DNA of 18,101 nt, from NCBI GenBank assembly GCA_024407725.1, contig JAKSVZ010000015.1:1-18101 (forward strand), in the 5' to 3' direction. Both the position numbers and the translations under genes were made by a program. The notes below the pieces were generated by a model. It did no database searches. It was not told the DNA's origin and saw nothing but the letters and a program-made list of their open reading frames with translations. Below are positions 14,487-18,101 of this stretch, piece by piece. This DNA is from Opitutales bacterium. Lineage in GTDB: Bacteria > Verrucomicrobiota > Verrucomicrobiia > Opitutales > UBA9783. Each line of letters begins with the position of its first letter. The first letter of the stretch is position 1.

Positions 14487-15713
14487 ATGATGAAGTACCC
14501 GTGGAAGCGTTTAGGATTCTATGGATTAGCGATGATGGGTGGGGTGTGTGCCGGCTTATCATCCAGCGAATGGCTGTTTACCCTTGCTCATTTTTGCTCG
14601 GAAGCTTTTATTCGTCTGTTTCGCTGCGTAAGCTTACCTATTATTTCGTTGTCGCTGATTGTTGCCCTATCGCGGTATGGAGGGAATCGTTCGCTCAATG
14701 CTGTTTGGAAACGAACCTTGATGTATACGCTTACGACCACGTTGTTGGCGGTTACGGTCAGCGCTATCCTCTATTATCTGATTGCCCCCGAACGGGTTCA
14801 AGTGCTTACGGCTGATACCCCTGTACGAACGTTAGTTGCCGGTAGTTATCTCCAATACCTGCTGCAGATTATTCCCGATAACGCTTTGGGGATTTTTATC
14901 GAGCATCAGGTGTTGGCAGTGTTGGTGCTGAGTTTTATGGTTGGAATGGCGATTCGCGGAATTCCAGACCCACTGGTACGTACCCACATCCAGCGGTTGT
15001 TTGAAGGACTTCACAGCATTTTATCGACGATTATCCGCTACATCATTGCAGGATTACCCCTAGGATTGTTTGGGTTTATCGGCGTGGGTATTCGCGGAAT
15101 GAATGCATCGGTAGCGCTGCAAGGCATGGGCGCTTACTGTTTGGTGATTGTTTTGGCTAATATTCTTCAAGGAACCTTGGTACTGCCTTTGTTTTTGCTG
15201 TGGAAGCATCAAAATCCCTTGCGTGTTTTTAAAAAAATGCTGCCGGCGCTTTCCGTTGCTTTTTTCACCAAATCTTCCGTGGGTACCTTGCCGATTACCT
15301 TGCAGCAGGTAGAGCATAAACTGGGGGTAAAGCCGCAGGTGGGGCAATTCGTATTGCCGTTATGCACAACGATCAACATGAACGGCTGCGGGGCATTCAT
15401 CTTTACCACCGTGTTGTATGTGATGCACAATCAGGGCATTGAAATTACCGCGGGTACCATGCTTGCCTGGATTTTTATTGCCACCTTGGCAGCGATTGGA
15501 AACGCAGGAGTACCGATGGGTTGTTTTTTCTTAAGCGCTAGCCTGCTTTCGTCGATGAACGTTCCTGTGGAATTGATGGGGATGATTTTACCGATTTATA
15601 GCGTAATCGATATGCTAGAAACCGCGTTGAACGTATGGTCCGATTCGTGTGTGACAGTGGCCGTTAATCACGATATGCAGATGAATCCGAACGCTTGTTT
15701 GAACGACCTCTAG
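14487..15713 (+). CDS. Dicarboxylate/amino acid:cation symporter (DAACS family, GltP/GltT/SstT-like)
   Basis: Polytopic membrane protein with the family motif FFTKSSVGTLPIT and the TTINMNGCGAF and NAGVPMG segments. I chose the start at ATG 14487 (MMKYPW...), preceded by GAGGTG. The track start at 14394 lies inside tRNA-Leu. Confidence 0.85.
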   Translation: MMKYPWKRLGFYGLAMMGGVCAGLSSSEWLFTLAHFCSEAFIRLFRCVSLPIISLSLIVALSRYGGNRSLNAVWKRTLMYTLTTTLLAVTVSAILYYLIAPERVQVLTADTPVRTLVAGSYLQYLLQIIPDNALGIFIEHQVLAVLVLSFMVGMAIRGIPDPLVRTHIQRLFEGLHSILSTIIRYIIAGLPLGLFGFIGVGIRGMNASVALQGMGAYCLVIVLANILQGTLVLPLFLLWKHQNPLRVFKKMLPALSVAFFTKSSVGTLPITLQQVEHKLGVKPQVGQFVLPLCTTINMNGCGAFIFTTVLYVMHNQGIEITAGTMLAWIFIATLAAIGNAGVPMGCFFLSASLLSSMNVPVELMGMILPIYSVIDMLETALNVWSDSCVTVAVNHDMQMNPNACLNDL

Positions 15714-15766
15714 GGTGCAGTTTAAACTTGTCTATCGGTGATTACTTGTGTAGCTTGTACAACGAA

Positions 15767-17254
15767 ATGACTACGGAATCTTCTCATACGAAAGCCCCTA
15801 CAGAAACAGAAGCGCAATTGATGGCTGTGCGTCGCGCTAAATTGGAGGAGGTTAAAGCAAAAGTAGGCGATCCGTTTCAAGCCAACGTTAACGTTAGTCA
15901 TACCCTTCAACAAGCTAAGGATGCCTTTGAAGCAGCCGGACAAGACCAAACGCTTAAGGTAGCGGTTGCAGGGCGTATCATTGCCTTTAGGTTGATGGGG
16001 AAAGCCACGTTTTTACAGCTATTAGATCAAACGGGAACCCTGCAAATTTATGTATCGAACCATGAAGATACCGGCATTGGTGCAAGTGCTTATGAACTCT
16101 TTAAGACCTACGATATTGGTGATTTTATCGGGGTTGAGGGCGAGCTATTTCTGACCAAGACAAACGCCTTAACGGTACGTGCTCAAAAAGTTACCTTGGT
16201 ATCCAAGGCACTGCGTGCGTTGCCGGATAAATATCATGGCTTGCAAAATCAGGACACCATTTATCGGCAACGGTACTTGGATTTAATTGTAAACCAAGAA
16301 TCGCGGGAACGCTTTTTTAAACGCTTTGCGATTCTTAAAGGCATCCGTGAGTTTTTGTGGGAACGGGATTTTATTGAAGTGGAAACCCCGATGTTACAAA
16401 GTGTTGCGGGTGGAGCGGCTGCGCGTCCATTTACCACCCATTTTAACGCCCTAGATCGCGATTTTTACTTACGTATTTCGCTTGAGTTGTACTTAAAGCG
16501 TATGTTGGTGGGTGGATATGATCGTGTGTTTGAAATTGGGCGTGTGTTTCGCAACGAAGGGCTTTCAGTACGCCACAACCCAGAATTTACCTTGTTGGAA
16601 TTGTATCAAGCGTATACGGATTATCGCGGCATGATGCGTTTGGTGTACGATTTGGTTCAGTACTTATGTACGAAGGTGATTAAAACAACTACGCTAAAAA
16701 ATGGCGCAGGGTATACCATTGAATTAGGTGGACAATGGGAAGAAATAACCTATGACCAATGCATTAAAGAAGCTACGAAGGATGCTGATTGGTTTACCCA
16801 TTCTAAAGAGGAAAAGCTGGAGGCCTGTAAACGCTTAGGGATTGAAGTGAATCCGGATTTGGAGGATTTTGAGGTAACCAACAATGTGTTTGAAAAGTGC
16901 GTTGCGCCTAAGTTGATGCAGCCGACCTTTGTGACGCAATTGCCTAAGGAACTGTGTCCGTTGGCTAAGTTGAACCCGAACGACCATCGCTACATTGACG
17001 TGTTTGAGCTGTATATCAATGGACAGGAAATAGCTCCGGCTTATTCCGAGCAAAACGATCCGGATGTTCAACGTAAGATGTTTGAATGGCAGGCTGGCGA
17101 GGAAACCCAAAAGATCGACGAAGAGTTTTTGGAGGCGTTGGAGTATGGTATGCCACCAGCAGGAGGTATGGGCATCGGCATTGATCGCCTCTGCATTTTG
17201 TTGACGGGGGCAGATAATATTCGGGACACGTTGCTTTATCCTACGTTGAAATAA
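15767..17254 (+). CDS. lysS: Lysine--tRNA ligase, class II
   Basis: It has an OB-fold anticodon-binding N-terminal domain and the class II motifs: FIEVETPML; motif 2 YLRISLELYLKRMLVGGYDRVFEIGRVFRNEG; motif 3 GMPPAGGMGIGIDRL. I chose the ATG at 15767 (MTTESSH...) because the track start at 15695 overlaps the transporter gene. Confidence 0.92.
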   Translation: MTTESSHTKAPTETEAQLMAVRRAKLEEVKAKVGDPFQANVNVSHTLQQAKDAFEAAGQDQTLKVAVAGRIIAFRLMGKATFLQLLDQTGTLQIYVSNHEDTGIGASAYELFKTYDIGDFIGVEGELFLTKTNALTVRAQKVTLVSKALRALPDKYHGLQNQDTIYRQRYLDLIVNQESRERFFKRFAILKGIREFLWERDFIEVETPMLQSVAGGAAARPFTTHFNALDRDFYLRISLELYLKRMLVGGYDRVFEIGRVFRNEGLSVRHNPEFTLLELYQAYTDYRGMMRLVYDLVQYLCTKVIKTTTLKNGAGYTIELGGQWEEITYDQCIKEATKDADWFTHSKEEKLEACKRLGIEVNPDLEDFEVTNNVFEKCVAPKLMQPTFVTQLPKELCPLAKLNPNDHRYIDVFELYINGQEIAPAYSEQNDPDVQRKMFEWQAGEETQKIDEEFLEALEYGMPPAGGMGIGIDRLCILLTGADNIRDTLLYPTLK

Positions 17255-17273
17255 AGCCTGAAGGCGTTTTTTT

Positions 17274-18101
17274 ATGAACGAAGAAGCGATTCCGGTTGTC
17301 CTCAGTTGTGATGACAAATTTGTCCCCCATGCAGCCTGTGCGATTGGCTCTATTGTCAAAAACTCTCAGCATCGGTATCAATTTTACCTTATTGATTGCG
17401 GCATCAGCGAAGGCAACAAGCAGAAGCTAGCGGCGTGGGATTTAGGAAAAAACACCCTAAAGGTAATGCCGATGCAAAAACTAGAGGCGTTCGAAGGAAT
17501 TCCGCTTCCCAGTTATCTTTCTCAAGCGACTTTGTATCGTCATAGAATCCCCGATTTGTTTCCCGAGCTAACCAAAGCGATTTATCTGGATAGTGATGTG
17601 GTTGTGGTCGGTGATTTGGGGAAATTATGGGACATTGATTTGGGCAATCGGCTGATAGGTATTGTGTATGAAGACCCCTTTTATTCGAAACAATGTTTAA
17701 CATGCTGGAAACTGAACGTGGGTATTCCCCCCGAAAAAAGTTATTTCAATAATGGGGTGATGTTGATGAATTTAGTAGCTTTACGACAGGCGAAATTCCT
17801 TCATCAATTGATTACGTATTTTCAACAGCATGCATCTACTCGTTTGATTGGGCAAGATGTCCAAAATATTTTGCTCGACCCAACGCAGGTGCTAGAGCTT
17901 GATCCTGAATTCAACGGCTTGGTAGCGGGACCTTATGCACGTCGTTGTTTATCGGGGCGCAATTGGGTTTGCTTGCATTTTAATGGTCCTAAGCCTTGGA
18001 ATCTGTACCGATGGTTTGTGAACGTATGGCCGAGTTTTTTCTGCCGTTGTTGCCGGTATTATCACCAGTATATAGAGTTAACGCCTTGGGCGAATGAAGT
18101 A
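17274..18101 (+). CDS. Glycosyltransferase family 8 (RfaJ/LgtC-like), 3' end beyond the window
   Basis: This gene is not in the ORF track because there is no stop before the window end. My translation from ATG 17274 is open for 276 codons. It begins IPVVLSCDDKFVPHAACAIGSI and carries the DxD motif AIYLDSDVVVVGD, NNGVMLMNL, GQDVQNILL and HFNGPKPW, which are GT8 hallmarks. Confidence 0.8.
   Translation, partial: MNEEAIPVVLSCDDKFVPHAACAIGSIVKNSQHRYQFYLIDCGISEGNKQKLAAWDLGKNTLKVMPMQKLEAFEGIPLPSYLSQATLYRHRIPDLFPELTKAIYLDSDVVVVGDLGKLWDIDLGNRLIGIVYEDPFYSKQCLTCWKLNVGIPPEKSYFNNGVMLMNLVALRQAKFLHQLITYFQQHASTRLIGQDVQNILLDPTQVLELDPEFNGLVAGPYARRCLSGRNWVCLHFNGPKPWNLYRWFVNVWPSFFCRCCRYYHQYIELTPWANEV

Noticed and set aside
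15695-15766. Upstream extension of lysS (MFERPLGCSL...).
   Set aside because: It overlaps the end of the transporter gene and adds a non-conserved Cys-rich peptide. The ATG at 15767 gives a typical LysRS N-terminus.
17256-17273. Intrinsic terminator after lysS (GCCT-ga-AGGC followed by T7).
   Set aside because: The stem is only 4 bp with a 2-nt loop, which is too weak to call. The T-run abuts the ATG of the next gene.
16835-17703. Antisense ORFs 16835..17359 (174 aa) and 17404..17703 (99 aa).
   Set aside because: They lie opposite the strongly supported lysS and GT8 coding frames. Their composition is low-complexity and Arg/Leu/Gln-rich, as is typical of shadow frames.

Overview
This 18.1 kb bacterial chromosomal window has a housekeeping backbone with higher G+C. 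The backbone carries an SF1 UvrD-like helicase, a class I FbaB/DhnA-type aldolase, PriA, a DAACS transporter, LysRS, a GT8 glycosyltransferase and six tRNA genes with encoded CCA. Two visibly A+T-rich accessory islets interrupt it. Each sits directly against the 3' end of a tRNA gene, each carries a DNA methyltransferase, and neither has an integrase or transposase.

Islet 1 (about 6690-8537, next to tRNA-Arg-UCU) holds an intact C5-cytosine methyltransferase. Beside it is a 204-codon ORF killed by one in-frame TAG, which is probably its decayed restriction partner.

Islet 2 (11662-14062, starting 4 nt after tRNA-His) is the most interesting locus. It encodes an N6-adenine methyltransferase of the type I recall as EcoRI-methylase-like. 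An (AG)9 dinucleotide tract splits this gene, and it is currently out of frame. (AG)8 or (AG)11 would restore one roughly 365-aa ORF. An ATGA overlap couples it translationally to a 434-aa protein that fuses a DUF262/ParB-like domain (DGQQR) to a C-terminal HNH zinc-finger nuclease. I read this as a phase-variable, non-canonical restriction-modification or defence module that appears to be transcribed from the tRNA-His promoter.

Other oddities:
- A 2-Cys peroxiredoxin with a clean in-frame deletion of its core, still overlapping the helicase start codon.
- An orphan FliO-like small membrane protein behind a near-consensus promoter that would give an almost leaderless mRNA.
- A long compound hairpin at the border of islet 1.

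No CRISPR array, IS element or rRNA was seen. All homology statements come from motif recognition by eye. No searches were run.
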